A stretch of 64,000 nucleotides of DNA, from assembly GCA_964457085.1 (NCBI GenBank), contig CAYWDM010000002.1:203418-267417 (forward strand). Direction: 5' to 3'. Source of the DNA: an uncultured Pseudomonadales bacterium (lineage in GTDB: Bacteria > Patescibacteriota > Microgenomatia > UBA1400 > PJMF01). Positions 40,628-50,946 of the stretch are shown piece after piece. Position numbers and translations under genes: made by a program. The notes below the pieces were generated by a model that was not told the origin of the DNA, did no database searches, and was given only the letters and a program-made list of their open reading frames with translations. Numbering within the stretch: the stretch's first letter is position 1; each line of letters starts with the position of its first letter.

Positions 40628-42415
40628 CTACGTTTTTAATCTACTAGCTCTAATTGCATTGAGTATTACTAGTACGTCAATAACTTCTTGTGTTAATGCT
40701 CCTGCAATCGGCGGAATTTTACCCATACTTGAAAGAATCATGCCGATGATACTGAGTCCGAGTCCGATCCAAATACTTTGTAGCGCAATCGCAATTGTTC
40801 CGTTCGAAATGGTGATTAATTGAGTTACGGCGGATAGTTTGTTAGTGATTAGCACTACGTCTGCTGCATTTGACGATGCTGACTCCTCATCATGACTGAA
40901 AACAATGCCCACGTCGGCAGTTGCGAGTGCAGGAGCATCATTAATGCCATCACCGATCATTGTCACCACTGCGTGCTGTTTTTGCAAATCAGTAATATAG
41001 TCAGTTTTTGATTTAGGAGTGCACTTTGATTTTGACAGAATAGGAACTTTTAATACAGCGACTAGCTCAGAGACTCTAGAGGCAATATCGCCACTAAGCA
41101 GATGCAACTTAAGCCCAGCCGACTGTAATTCCGAGAGGATTTTTGATGATTCTGGTTTAGGTTGATCTTGAAGTTCAATCTCACCGATCATCATCTTATT
41201 TTCGTACAATGTAATTACCATTCCCTCATGTGAGGAGTTTTTGAGTGAGTATTTATTATTTTTAATTTCTGCAGAAATGCCAGATCCAACGACTTCGATG
41301 GTATTTTCTGTTTTTGGTAACAGCAACTGTTGTTTGTTGGCTTCACTCACTATAGCTTTTGCGATCGGGTGCAGCGAACTTCGTTCAATAGCTGCAGCAA
41401 TGGTAAGAATTTGTTTTTTTGTGTACGACCTAACTAATGGAGTCACTGCAGATACCTCCAGCTCTCCGAGAGTCAGTGTGCCTGTTTTATCAAAAACTAA
41501 ATCAGTTGTTTGGCTGAGTAATTCGATGCTCGCTAAATTTTTGATAATGATGCCTCGCTTTGCAAGCGAATTCATGCCTCCCAGTAAGGCGATTGGGGTG
41601 GCAAGAATCAGCGGGCAAGGTGTCGCCATCACCAAAACTGCTAAAGCTCGATCAATCGAACCAGAAAAAAGCCAGGTGATGAACGCTAAGAAAAAAGTGA
41701 AAATAGTGAAGAATCCACTATATCTGTCTGCCAAACGAATCAATGGACTTTTATTATTCTGTGCCTTTTCTACTAATGCGATAATCTTATGATAGGTTGA
41801 TTGTGCACCAGTCTTTGTTACTTCAATAATGAGTTGATCGCCAACATTTACTGTGCCACTTGAAACCAGATCTCCACTGGTTTTATGGGCAGGCAAAGCT
41901 TCGCCAGTGAGTGACGATTCGTCAATCTGTGCCTCATCAGAAATGAGTCTTCCGTCTATTGGGAGTACTTCGCCACGTCTGACCACAACATGCTGGCCAA
42001 TTTGAACATCTTTCACCAATATTTCTGCACCTAGGGCATTATTAACCCAGAGATAAATAGTATCTGGAATGCGGCTCACTAAGGCTTTAAGTGAGGATTT
42101 GGCTCTGTTTCTAGCATATTTCTCCAGTTCGTTACCGCCAGCGAGCATTAGACAAATGACTGCAGCCACAAATAATTGTCCAGACAACACTCCAGTCACA
42201 ATTGCAGTCAAAGCAATATAGTCCAGTGCAAATCTTTTGTGTTGCAGTGAATAAATTGTTTGTTTAACAAGTTCAAAACTACCAATCAAGATAACTACGA
42301 TTAATACTATCTGTGCTAAAAATGGTTGTGAAGCTTGAGTCAATACGAATGCAACGACCATTCCGATTAAAATAGTTAGAGGAACAAAATGAGTAAATAG
42401 TTTCAGCGACTGCAT
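40628..42415 (-). CDS. Heavy-metal P1B-type ATPase (P1B-5-like)
   Basis: LTGE, ATPCPL, FDKTGT, HP, GDGINDAPAL, QEVID; no N-terminal metal-binding domain. Confidence 0.92.
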   Translation of the reverse strand: MQSLKLFTHFVPLTILIGMVVAFVLTQASQPFLAQIVLIVVILIGSFELVKQTIYSLQHKRFALDYIALTAIVTGVLSGQLFVAAVICLMLAGGNELEKYARNRAKSSLKALVSRIPDTIYLWVNNALGAEILVKDVQIGQHVVVRRGEVLPIDGRLISDEAQIDESSLTGEALPAHKTSGDLVSSGTVNVGDQLIIEVTKTGAQSTYHKIIALVEKAQNNKSPLIRLADRYSGFFTIFTFFLAFITWLFSGSIDRALAVLVMATPCPLILATPIALLGGMNSLAKRGIIIKNLASIELLSQTTDLVFDKTGTLTLGELEVSAVTPLVRSYTKKQILTIAAAIERSSLHPIAKAIVSEANKQQLLLPKTENTIEVVGSGISAEIKNNKYSLKNSSHEGMVITLYENKMMIGEIELQDQPKPESSKILSELQSAGLKLHLLSGDIASRVSELVAVLKVPILSKSKCTPKSKTDYITDLQKQHAVVTMIGDGINDAPALATADVGIVFSHDEESASSNAADVVLITNKLSAVTQLITISNGTIAIALQSIWIGLGLSIIGMILSSMGKIPPIAGALTQEVIDVLVILNAIRASRLKT

Positions 42416-42498
42416 ACTAGTAGATAAGTATACGAGTTGGCGGAAGATATTGACACAACATTTTGTGTTTTTAGCTGCAAAAAGCTTATACTAATTAA

Positions 42499-43401
42499 AT
42501 GTCAGAAAAATTGGATACTCCAATAGCAAATGAATTGCCCCAATTAGAGATTCCACCCGAAAGCTTGGTTGAAAGTCCAGTAACTCTAGTCAAAACAAAT
42601 CAGAAAAAGCCATTTTTTTTGCTGTTATTGCTGTTGGCAATGGTTTTTGTCAGCATTGGAGTTTGGCTATTCACTCAAAACCAGTTCTCTCAGAAACAAG
42701 TAACAGAAGATACGCTTGAGGAGGAGATGCAGCTAGCTGAAGAATTATCGCCTACACCCAATCCAGGCGAATTTCCATTTGAGGAGGATCAATCATTGGT
42801 TGCAACTGATGAGGCGACTCCTAGTCCAACAGTGGCAGTTAAGTCTGGTGTGTATACAGTGAAGATGACTTTGCTCGATAGTTTAAAAAAACCGACTACT
42901 CAAAATGGATATTTTACTTTGGTTAAATATCTTGCATCGCGGCTCAAATTTTCTGCTGATGAAGCTGCTGTTTATTTTGATACACGAATTACCCAGGACA
43001 TGAATCGTGATAGTGGTATGTTTAATGGTCAATATATTTTGTGGCTCAAATCTGGATTGTTAGAAACTCCAATTGAGGATGAAGATGGCTTTGTGAAGTT
43101 GTTAGTGACTTCACTGGATGAAAAAATCATACCGTATCTACACAATCCACAAACAAATGCCAATGACGCAATGTATTGTGAAGTGAATGGTGACTGCTCT
43201 GTTCGAGATAATATTTGTTCGATTGGTGCATACAATTCATACCAAATATTTGTCGATGTCTATGGTTGTGGTCCTGATGGACAGTACGAAATTAGTAAAG
43301 ATGGTAGTTGTTGGCGTAAAAAAAAGCTCAGCAATCCTCGCTGTATTAAGAATACTTGTACTGCCACAGTTGAACTGGGTGTTTGTCAGTCTGGCCCCTA
43401 G
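42499..43401 (+). CDS. Hypothetical membrane-anchored protein with Cys-rich C-terminus
   Basis: N-terminal TM, PTP linker, eight Cys near the C-terminus. Confidence 0.7.
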   Translation: MSEKLDTPIANELPQLEIPPESLVESPVTLVKTNQKKPFFLLLLLLAMVFVSIGVWLFTQNQFSQKQVTEDTLEEEMQLAEELSPTPNPGEFPFEEDQSLVATDEATPSPTVAVKSGVYTVKMTLLDSLKKPTTQNGYFTLVKYLASRLKFSADEAAVYFDTRITQDMNRDSGMFNGQYILWLKSGLLETPIEDEDGFVKLLVTSLDEKIIPYLHNPQTNANDAMYCEVNGDCSVRDNICSIGAYNSYQIFVDVYGCGPDGQYEISKDGSCWRKKKLSNPRCIKNTCTATVELGVCQSGP

Positions 43402-44009
43402 TTTTTTATAGTTTTTCGAGCCAAGATAATTTGGTGAGCTTCTTGATTGCTGCGATCAATTTCATCAACCAAAATCTCAAATCCAGCTTCGGCGAGTAGC
43501 TGTCTATTTTTATTTGGTCCGAATTGACTTGACCACATTTGTTGTCCATAAAAATCGTGCCAATCTTCAAAATCACTTTCTCCCATGCTGATCAACAGCA
43601 ACCCATTTTCAGGTAAAAAACTAGAAATAGTTTTTAACCATTCACCATGTGTTTCTCGTTGGAGATGAAAAAGAGTGTACAAGCAAATAATTGCGTTAGT
43701 AGAAAATTCAAATGGTTTGAGCAATGCGATGTCTTGTTGCAGATATCGACCTGCAGGACAGTCTCGACGAGCTAAAGCTAGTTGTGATGCCGAAAAATCA
43801 ATGCCGGTGAGTAAATGACCTTTTTTAATAATCTGGTCGTCAATTGGCGTCCCCGCACCACAGCCAAGATCAAGCACTTCTGATTGGGGAGGAAGTAATT
43901 CTAAGAATTTAGTGAGGTATTTTTGGGTTCGGAAATGTTGACGATCTTGATTGTATGCTTTAGTTGTTTGGTTATAGGCTTTGCGAATGAGATCTCGAGT
44001 GTCGGACAT
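43398..44009 (-). CDS. Class I SAM-dependent methyltransferase
   Basis: VLDLGCGAG, GIDFS, LFHL. Confidence 0.9.
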   Translation of the reverse strand: MSDTRDLIRKAYNQTTKAYNQDRQHFRTQKYLTKFLELLPPQSEVLDLGCGAGTPIDDQIIKKGHLLTGIDFSASQLALARRDCPAGRYLQQDIALLKPFEFSTNAIICLYTLFHLQRETHGEWLKTISSFLPENGLLLISMGESDFEDWHDFYGQQMWSSQFGPNKNRQLLAEAGFEILVDEIDRSNQEAHQIILARKTIKN

Positions 44010-44105
44010 AGGTACAGCATATCATGCGAGGTGTGTTCTGGAATTTGTCGTTACTGTTGGTTTGTTGTTAGTTTTGGCCACGATGATTGCGGTACAATTA
44101 ACAAC

Positions 44106-45170
44106 ATGTTGCAACTCTTTAGCTATACAGATGAATTATCAAAAAGAACTAGTCAGGCAGTGCGAGATTTTCAAGAGCAGTATCGACAATTTGATTTCGA
44201 TGCTGAATTATTGGCTCCAGCAAGTGCTTTTGTTACTCGAGGCAAGTTATTTAGAGGCTCGTTGTGTCTAGTAACTTCTCAGCTGTTGATGAGACAAGCA
44301 ACTCCTGTTGCCGGTGCATGGAGTGCAGCTGTGGCTTTGGAGTTAGCTGGATCGGCTATCTTGATTCAAGATGATGTCATGGATGCATCTGAGATGCGAC
44401 GCGATCAACCTACGCTGCATCGTCAATATCAAAAACACTGGCGTGGTGATGCGACCACCGCATCATTATTTGGGGAGAGCATGTCGGTCTGTGTTAGCGA
44501 CACACTGTTTTTTTGGTCTAGTCGATTGCTGACAGCAGCTGATTTACCTGCATCGGTTAAGCTTGACTTGGTAGCGGCCATGGGTCTCGAAATTGCAACT
44601 TTGGCAATGGCTCAAGCAGAGGAGATGCGCTTTAGTGCTTTGTCACTATCCGATCCCACGGTCAACCAAGAAAGCATTTTAAAAATACTAATTGGAAAAA
44701 CTGCCAGATATACAGCAGCTTGGCCCCTGAGATTTGCAGGCATTATTGCTGGAGCTGATGAGCCGACCACAAAAGCACTACAAGAGTTTGGCGAAGCAAT
44801 GGGTTTGGTTTTTCAGCTGAGTGATGATCGATTGGGGTTGTTTGGTGATCCAACAAAAACTGGTAAAGACGTGGACGGCGATGCAAAGTCAGGTAAAAAA
44901 ACACTCTACGCATTGTTTGCTAGAGATTATCTGACTGGGGAGAGTGAGCAACGATTTATGGAGTTGTATGGAAAGTTGGATTTAACAGCGGTAGAACTCA
45001 GCGAACTGCAGCAATTACTGAAAATAAATGGCATCTATGATCGATTTGAAGCATTTACAGCCAATCAGGTTGAAATCGCCAAAAACTGTCTAAAAAAACT
45101 CGAGGAATATCCAGAATTAGTGGCGATGCTCACGCAAACAGTGGAGTTTTTAGCTACTCGCCAGCGATAA
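44106..45170 (+). CDS. Polyprenyl diphosphate synthase
   Basis: GKLFRG, QDDVMD...RRDQPT, GKTA, FQLSDD, GKKT; start ATG 44106 follows TACAAT. Confidence 0.9.
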   Translation: MLQLFSYTDELSKRTSQAVRDFQEQYRQFDFDAELLAPASAFVTRGKLFRGSLCLVTSQLLMRQATPVAGAWSAAVALELAGSAILIQDDVMDASEMRRDQPTLHRQYQKHWRGDATTASLFGESMSVCVSDTLFFWSSRLLTAADLPASVKLDLVAAMGLEIATLAMAQAEEMRFSALSLSDPTVNQESILKILIGKTARYTAAWPLRFAGIIAGADEPTTKALQEFGEAMGLVFQLSDDRLGLFGDPTKTGKDVDGDAKSGKKTLYALFARDYLTGESEQRFMELYGKLDLTAVELSELQQLLKINGIYDRFEAFTANQVEIAKNCLKKLEEYPELVAMLTQTVEFLATRQR

Positions 45171-45172
45171 GC

Positions 45173-45409
45173 TTACTTCTTGTCGATAATTGAGTTGGCT
45201 AGTTTGGCCACAAGTCCGAGTGCTAGCGGATAGCCAACCAATAACCAGAGTGCGGAGATAAATGGCAAGTGAATAGCTTGATTGAAGAAACTGCTCACCG
45301 AAGTACCCTGAAAAAAGCTATACCAATTCGGCATTTTTAATGTTGCTGCCAACCAGTTGACTATCATTGCACCAATTAATATCAGAACACCATGAAGATA
45401 TGTTTTCAT
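45173..45409 (-). CDS. Small membrane protein
   Basis: 78 aa, two hydrophobic helices; TATACT 7 nt before ATG. Confidence 0.7.
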   Translation of the reverse strand: MKTYLHGVLILIGAMIVNWLAATLKMPNWYSFFQGTSVSSFFNQAIHLPFISALWLLVGYPLALGLVAKLANSIIDKK

Positions 45410-45426
45410 ACGCTATAGTATAAAGC
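45410..45426. promoter_or_regulatory. Symmetric bidirectional -10 element serving two divergent leaderless genes
   Basis: TATAGT (+, 45414-19) and TATACT (-, 45417-22), each 7 nt from a start codon. Confidence 0.6.
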
Positions 45427-46389
45427 GTGCACATAAATGAATCCAATCCACCCCAATTAGTGTTAGCTGGTTCGCTCTCAATTGACCACATTTTGCAGTA
45501 CGGTGGCTCATTGTCTGAGCAGTTACAGTCAGCACCGCTCGAGTCATTGTCATTATCAGTTTTGTTGTCCGGAGTGACCAATTCTGAGGGTGGAATTGCG
45601 GGTAATATTGCTTATTCATCAGCTCTGCTTGGAGAACAGCCAATTTTGTTTGGCTCAATTGGCGATGATCAACCGAGCTATTTGGCCAAATTAACAAAAA
45701 TGGGTGTGCAAACTGACCAAACGCATATCTCTAAGTTGCCTACTGCTAGCTTTACCGTTATTACTGACGCAAAAAGTTGTCAAATTGGTGGCTTTCATCC
45801 GGGAGCGATGACTGACTCAGAGTCATTATCGCTTGAAAAGTTTATCGATCAAAATGTCTTGATTGTGCTCTCTGCACATGATCCGGCTCAGATGCAGCGA
45901 CACATTGAACAAGCTGCAAAATATAAGCTGCGATTAGTGTTTGATATTGGTCAACAAATTGCTGCCTTAAGTACTGAGGTGGTTTTAGCAGGATTAAGAA
46001 CTGCTGAGTTACTACTGGTGAATGAATATGAGCTGGAGCTAGTCTTACAGCGTGCCGCAATTACCAAGGCCGAGTTATTAGATATGGTGCCATTAGTGGT
46101 GGTGACATTGGGGAAAGAGGGCTGTCAAATCTATCAGCAAGGTAAAGAACTGCGGGTCAAAGCAGTTACTGCAAAGATGGTTGATCCAACTGGAGCCGGT
46201 GATGCGTTTCGAGCTGGTTTTTTCTATGGCTATGTGCGAAACTGGCCTTTGACTCTGAGTGCACAACTTGGTGCTACAGTCGCAGCTTTCGCTGTAGAAA
46301 CTAGTGGCACACAGCAACATGTTTTTACTAGAGCTCAACTTGATCAGAGGTATAAGAAACAATATCAAGGAATTATTAACTGGACATGA
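45427..46389 (+). CDS. PfkB family kinase, probable adenosine/nucleoside kinase
   Basis: [29 protein letters not shown]; coupled to ahcY. Confidence 0.88.
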   Translation: MHINESNPPQLVLAGSLSIDHILQYGGSLSEQLQSAPLESLSLSVLLSGVTNSEGGIAGNIAYSSALLGEQPILFGSIGDDQPSYLAKLTKMGVQTDQTHISKLPTASFTVITDAKSCQIGGFHPGAMTDSESLSLEKFIDQNVLIVLSAHDPAQMQRHIEQAAKYKLRLVFDIGQQIAALSTEVVLAGLRTAELLLVNEYELELVLQRAAITKAELLDMVPLVVVTLGKEGCQIYQQGKELRVKAVTAKMVDPTGAGDAFRAGFFYGYVRNWPLTLSAQLGATVAAFAVETSGTQQHVFTRAQLDQRYKKQYQGIINWT

Positions 46390-47714
46390 AAAAAAGCAAT
46401 TCAAATATGAAAAAAACTGACTATAAAGTCGCAGATATTAAATTAGCTGAGTGGGGTCGCAGAGAAATAACCTTAGCTGAGAAGGAAATGCCAGGCTTGA
46501 TGGCTGTACGGGCAGAATATTCCAAGGAACAGCCACTCAAAGGTGCTCGTATTGCTGGTTCACTGCACATGACTATCCAAACTGCGGTGCTGATTGAGTC
46601 ACTCGTCGCACTAGGTGCACAGGTTCGTTGGGCCTCATGCAATATTTTTTCAACTCAAGATCATGCAGCCGCAGCAATTGCAGCACAAGGTATCCCCGTT
46701 TTTGCTTGGAAGGGTGAAACCGAGGAAGAATATTGGTGGACGACTGAGCAAACACTGCTTTTTACTGATGCTAAAGGAAAAGTAATTGGTCCAAACATGA
46801 TTTTGGATGATGGCGGTGATCTCACTGGTTTAGTGCACAGCAAACACCCAGAATTACTTGACCAAATTAAGGGAGTTTCAGAAGAGACAACTACAGGGGT
46901 GCATCATCTCTACCAGATGCTGAAAGAGGGCAAGCTTAAATTACCAGCAATCAATGTTAATGACAGTGTCACCAAATCTAAGTTTGATAATTTATACGGT
47001 TGCCGTGAATCCTTGGTTGATGGCATTCGTCGTGCAACCGACGTGATGTTGGCTGGCAAGGTTGCTCTAGTGGCCGGTTTTGGTGATGTCGGTAAGGGCA
47101 GTGCCCAATCACTTCGAAATAACGGTGCTCGGGTAATTGTCACAGAAGTTGATCCCATCTGTGCTTTGCAGGCCGCAATGGAAGGGTATGAAGTGAGGCG
47201 GATGGAGGATGTGGTTGATCAAGTAGATGTGTTTGTGACCGCCACTGGCTGTAGCGATGTAATTAGAGTGGAACACATGAAGAAAATGAAAGATACCGCC
47301 ATCGTTTGTAATATCGGCCACTTTGATGTGGAGATTGATGTAGCTGGTTTGAAAGCAATTAAAGGTATCAAACATCAGGTGGTTAAACCTCAGGTTGATA
47401 TGTTCACTTTTGCCGATGGTCGACGGTTAATCTTATTGGCCGAAGGTCGACTGGTAAATCTTGGTTGTGCCATGGGTCATCCTTCATTCGTAATGTCTTG
47501 CTCATTTACTAACCAGGTTTTAGCTCAAATTGAACTCTTCACCAAGAAATATGACATTGGCGTGTACATGTTGCCCAAGCATCTTGATGAAAAAGTTGCA
47601 GCTTTGCACTTAGCTCATGTAGGTGCAGACTTAACCAAGTTGTCTGCAAAACAAGCCAAGTACCTTGGAGTACCTGTTACAGGACCATTCAAGGCAGTTC
47701 AGTACCGATATTAA
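46386..47714 (+). CDS. ahcY: S-adenosylhomocysteine hydrolase
   Basis: [48 protein letters not shown]. Confidence 0.98.
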   Translation: MKKSNSNMKKTDYKVADIKLAEWGRREITLAEKEMPGLMAVRAEYSKEQPLKGARIAGSLHMTIQTAVLIESLVALGAQVRWASCNIFSTQDHAAAAIAAQGIPVFAWKGETEEEYWWTTEQTLLFTDAKGKVIGPNMILDDGGDLTGLVHSKHPELLDQIKGVSEETTTGVHHLYQMLKEGKLKLPAINVNDSVTKSKFDNLYGCRESLVDGIRRATDVMLAGKVALVAGFGDVGKGSAQSLRNNGARVIVTEVDPICALQAAMEGYEVRRMEDVVDQVDVFVTATGCSDVIRVEHMKKMKDTAIVCNIGHFDVEIDVAGLKAIKGIKHQVVKPQVDMFTFADGRRLILLAEGRLVNLGCAMGHPSFVMSCSFTNQVLAQIELFTKKYDIGVYMLPKHLDEKVAALHLAHVGADLTKLSAKQAKYLGVPVTGPFKAVQYRY

Positions 47715-47741
47715 TTTAAAGTTATTTGTAAGGTCGTTAAA

Positions 47742-48008
47742 ATGCTCAAAAATCATTTGAATCAGCCAGTTACACAGATCACTGTCTACGGTGCAGAGTG
47801 GTGTGGTGATTGTTTTCGTGCCAAGGCTTTTTTTGATTCACATCACATTGTGTACCAAAGCTTTGATATCGACCAGTCAGCTGAAATGGCTGAGTTCGTG
47901 ATACAGGTCAATAATGGCAGTCGCAGTATTCCAACTATTTTATTTCCAGATGGCAGTATTTTGGTGGAACCAAGCAACCAAGAGTTGGCCGAAAAATTAG
48001 AGAAATAG
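47742..48008 (+). CDS. Glutaredoxin-like (mycoredoxin/NrdH-like) protein
   Basis: WCGDC, NNGSRSIPTILFPDGS, EPS. Confidence 0.88.
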   Translation: MLKNHLNQPVTQITVYGAEWCGDCFRAKAFFDSHHIVYQSFDIDQSAEMAEFVIQVNNGSRSIPTILFPDGSILVEPSNQELAEKLEK

Positions 48009-48051
48009 TTTTTGCAGTATTTTGTTGGTATATAAGTGTAAAAATCCACGA

Positions 48052-48079
48052 AAAAGGCGCCCCTTGCGAGGCGCCTTTT
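48052..48079. terminator. Bidirectional terminator
   Basis: AAAAGGCGCC..GGCGCCTTTT. Confidence 0.8.
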
Positions 48080-48091
48080 ATCTTGTACATT

Positions 48092-48811
48092 TTATTGCTG
48101 AAAACTCCAGTCAAAACCGTATTTGAGCTGTCGTATGATCTCTCGTAGAAACACGATCGTCATCATAGTCCACAGCACTGCACCGCTAAGGAACCAGAAA
48201 TGCGGGAAGACTGCTGAGGCACAAACAAAGCCAACGCCGATGATCATTATCCAGCCGTTACCATCATCAGTGCTGTCTGAGTCAGTATCCGGAATTGTGT
48301 CTCCCGCATAATAACTCGAGTAATAGAGGATTTGGTTCGCCGCTCTACCACTGATGGTGCTGTCGTATGAATAGACCTCTTGTCTGGGGCCATTTTCAGT
48401 CAAGAAAACGCCCACCAGTGTTGAGGACACAAGAAAAATGACTAACATGAGCATGGTAGCCCATTCAGTCACTTCTTCGCGATATGTAAACCAATTTGTG
48501 AACACCAGGATAAGTGTCACGAAAATGGCACAAATCGCGGCATATATCCAGACAGGTGTGTTAAACCATGTCGAGGATATTTTGTTAAATCCGGTTACAA
48601 AGATCCAGAACCATCCCAACGATCCCATGCAAACGAATCCAAATATCAACGAGCGGATGCCGTCAAATGGAGCTAAAGCTTTTTCAAGCCGCTTGCTGAA
48701 TCGTTTGTAAACTTTCATGGTCTCTTTGAAGAGATGTGAAAATAGGGGATATAGAACTGGAACAAGTGCCGGCAATGATGTTGCACAAATGGTGAGTAGA
48801 ATGTCTGACAT
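48092..48811 (-). CDS. Hypothetical multi-pass membrane protein (cassette C)
   Basis: 239 aa, about 6 hydrophobic segments; GGAGGT SD; long leader. Confidence 0.75.
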   Translation of the reverse strand: MSDILLTICATSLPALVPVLYPLFSHLFKETMKVYKRFSKRLEKALAPFDGIRSLIFGFVCMGSLGWFWIFVTGFNKISSTWFNTPVWIYAAICAIFVTLILVFTNWFTYREEVTEWATMLMLVIFLVSSTLVGVFLTENGPRQEVYSYDSTISGRAANQILYYSSYYAGDTIPDTDSDSTDDGNGWIMIIGVGFVCASAVFPHFWFLSGAVLWTMMTIVFLREIIRQLKYGFDWSFQQ

Positions 48812-48930
48812 TAGATTACCTCCATGTAATCTGGTTTTAATTTTGATTATGATTTTGATTGCAAAAATAGCCTCGAGACAGACAGTACTTTTTATATCTG
48901 CCTTGTGGCTATTTCTGCTAAGAGTGTTCA

Positions 48931-49041
48931 GCTGTTAATGTGCCAAGATATTTGTTGTTTGAGTAGAAACATATCTGTCGCAATGACGGAGCGCTCCAGA
49001 TCAAACACTATAATGATACAGATTTACGTCTCAATTGTCAA
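48931..49041 (-). promoter_or_regulatory. Sigma70 promoter + 5' stem-loop + boxA-like motif (cassette C)
   Basis: Minus strand TTGACA(49041-36)-17-TATCAT(49018-13); hairpin TGTTTGA..TCAAACA; GCACATTAACAGC at 48943-48931. Confidence 0.6.
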
Positions 49042-49131
49042 TATTATAGGCTTATATTTAGCCTCGGCCTTGTGTGAGAGTCAATTTCTAACAGCTTTTT
49101 AGTGAATGCCAATTGAAACTTACCGTACATT

Positions 49132-49911
49132 ATGGCTATCATAGAGCTTGAGGAAAATAATATGGGTGAAGCTCCAGCATATGTTCCAGAAGATGAAGTT
49201 GCGTCGTTACCTGATGTAGATGATGGTTCTGTTACTGCGGCTGGTGAGGCAGCTGCTGTTTTGCCAGATGTGGATGGTGATGCTAATCCAGATAAATTTG
49301 CTGAGTATAAAGATAAAGGGAGAGATGTTTATGATGCTGCTTGGAATGCACTCCAAAAGCGAATGCAGGCAATTCGTGCCCGAATGACGACGGCTTCGGC
49401 GAGAGAGATGGGCCGTGAGCTTATGGGGCAGGCATTTACCGTTCCTGCACGACTTGAGACAGCATGGCAGTCTGGTCGAACACGTTTAGGTGAAATCATG
49501 ACCAGTTCTGACGGTAGAATTGGTTCAGCTCGGGCAGGTTTTAATCGAGCTCGAGAGGCAATTTCTAGTGGCGTTTCTGATCGACTGGCAAGTATCCGTG
49601 CGAGTTCTGCAGAACGATCAAAGGCTAAAAAAGAAAAAAATGCAGCAGAATTTACTCGAATTCGCCAGGAACAAATTGATCGATTGTTGGGTAAAGTGAC
49701 TGATCTACGTGCGGAGCGCGATGCTAAAAATATGGAGATTATGCAAGCTGCTTATGCAAAAGTAAAAGAGAATCGAGCTGAGTATCGAGGAAAGATCGGT
49801 GAGAGTCAAAAAGCGATCGCTGAGCTACAGGCAAATACTTCTGGAAATGTAAACAGCTTAAATCACATGGCTTATGATTACTCGAATACCTATATTATGC
49901 ATCCAGTGTAA
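49132..49911 (+). CDS. Hypothetical protein, acidic N-terminus and coiled coil
   Basis: 259 aa ORF; LPDVD twice; helical composition. Confidence 0.7.
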   Translation: MAIIELEENNMGEAPAYVPEDEVASLPDVDDGSVTAAGEAAAVLPDVDGDANPDKFAEYKDKGRDVYDAAWNALQKRMQAIRARMTTASAREMGRELMGQAFTVPARLETAWQSGRTRLGEIMTSSDGRIGSARAGFNRAREAISSGVSDRLASIRASSAERSKAKKEKNAAEFTRIRQEQIDRLLGKVTDLRAERDAKNMEIMQAAYAKVKENRAEYRGKIGESQKAIAELQANTSGNVNSLNHMAYDYSNTYIMHPV

Positions 49912-49936
49912 TTTATTCTTGAAAAGAAACTAATAC

Positions 49937-50299
49937 ATGACTGATACCAATACCAATTTACCTCCACCAGTTGAGAAAAAAAGTTTTCTTGCAGGGATAC
50001 AGGCTGCAGCATTATCAGACGATATTAAAGTTGTGATGCAAAATTGGGTTGTAGACCAACCTGGGGAAACACTGAGTCCAGATGATATTCGCATCTTTTT
50101 GATGGAACTGACGGAGATCGAGCAAACTGCGGCCAATACTCTCTCAGATGCCAGACGAGAATTATCTAGGGCGGCGGAGGATGAGGATAGAATTGATGAG
50201 CGTGAAACCATTGAAGAGCTCGAAATCATGCACAGCACGCTACGAGATGGCGAACAACAAGTTGCTTTGCTGGAGCAACTCACTCAAAGCCCAGACTAA
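49937..50299 (+). CDS. Hypothetical acidic helical protein
   Basis: 120 aa ORF co-oriented with the upstream gene. Confidence 0.65.
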   Translation: MTDTNTNLPPPVEKKSFLAGIQAAALSDDIKVVMQNWVVDQPGETLSPDDIRIFLMELTEIEQTAANTLSDARRELSRAAEDEDRIDERETIEELEIMHSTLRDGEQQVALLEQLTQSPD

Positions 50300-50302
50300 C
50301 TT

Positions 50303-50944
50303 TTATCTCTCGATTACACCTCGAAAAATATAGCCGACTGTCTTGTTGTCTACCACGACAGGCACAATGACTTCTTTGCCCCCGGTATACATGATGAAAT
50401 CTTGCCACATCAAAATTGGTTGCTGCTTGAGCAAGTAATTTGCCAGATCATTGCGTACAGTGTCGTCAAAACTGAAGTGACTGAATGGTTGCCCATCATG
50501 CAATGAACGAAGCTGGTTATATTTACCAGATGCTTCGATGAGCTCGTAATCACCATTGGTAATTCTGACATAGGCAACTGCTGATGAATCTTTTAGTTGA
50601 TTTACATCGAGCTTGGCCAGCTGAGTAATGGCCGCAGGACAGCTGATATCGGAACTTTTCTGGACAACTGACTCGAGTGACTGCTGCTTCTCAAGGGTTT
50701 TTTTACAGTCATCAAAAGTGTTTGTGAATAGCTCTAGACTTGCTGCCTGTTTATTACCAACTAAATCAGTAGTTTCTTTGGTGTACCGATCAATGATTAC
50801 TTTGCGGCGTTGCTGATTGAAATACAGTGCTCCTGTGATGGCAAAGCCTACAATAATCACAATCAAGGCAAAGCTAGTGAGGGCAGCTTTTAATGATAAA
50901 TTATCACTGGGATCTGGGGTGACGAGGGTATATGGTTCTGACAT
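50303..50944 (-). CDS. Hypothetical membrane-anchored protein, possibly Cache-like
   Basis: N-terminal TM; C-terminal EVIVPVVVDNKTVGYI resembles the end of a Cache domain. Confidence 0.6.
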   Translation of the reverse strand: MSEPYTLVTPDPSDNLSLKAALTSFALIVIIVGFAITGALYFNQQRRKVIIDRYTKETTDLVGNKQAASLELFTNTFDDCKKTLEKQQSLESVVQKSSDISCPAAITQLAKLDVNQLKDSSAVAYVRITNGDYELIEASGKYNQLRSLHDGQPFSHFSFDDTVRNDLANYLLKQQPILMWQDFIMYTGGKEVIVPVVVDNKTVGYIFRGVIER

Positions 50945-50946
50945 GT

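Noticed and set aside
43923-44105. ORF-track N-terminal extension of the prenyltransferase
   Set aside because: Overlaps the divergent methyltransferase; ATG 44106 fits a leaderless start
45410-46400. SAH or SAM riboswitch upstream of pfkB-ahcY
   Set aside because: No room: 17-bp intergenic region and an overlapping pfkB-ahcY junction
49201-49285. LPDVD duplicated in a hypothetical protein
   Set aside because: Only two short copies in a disordered region; no functional inference possible
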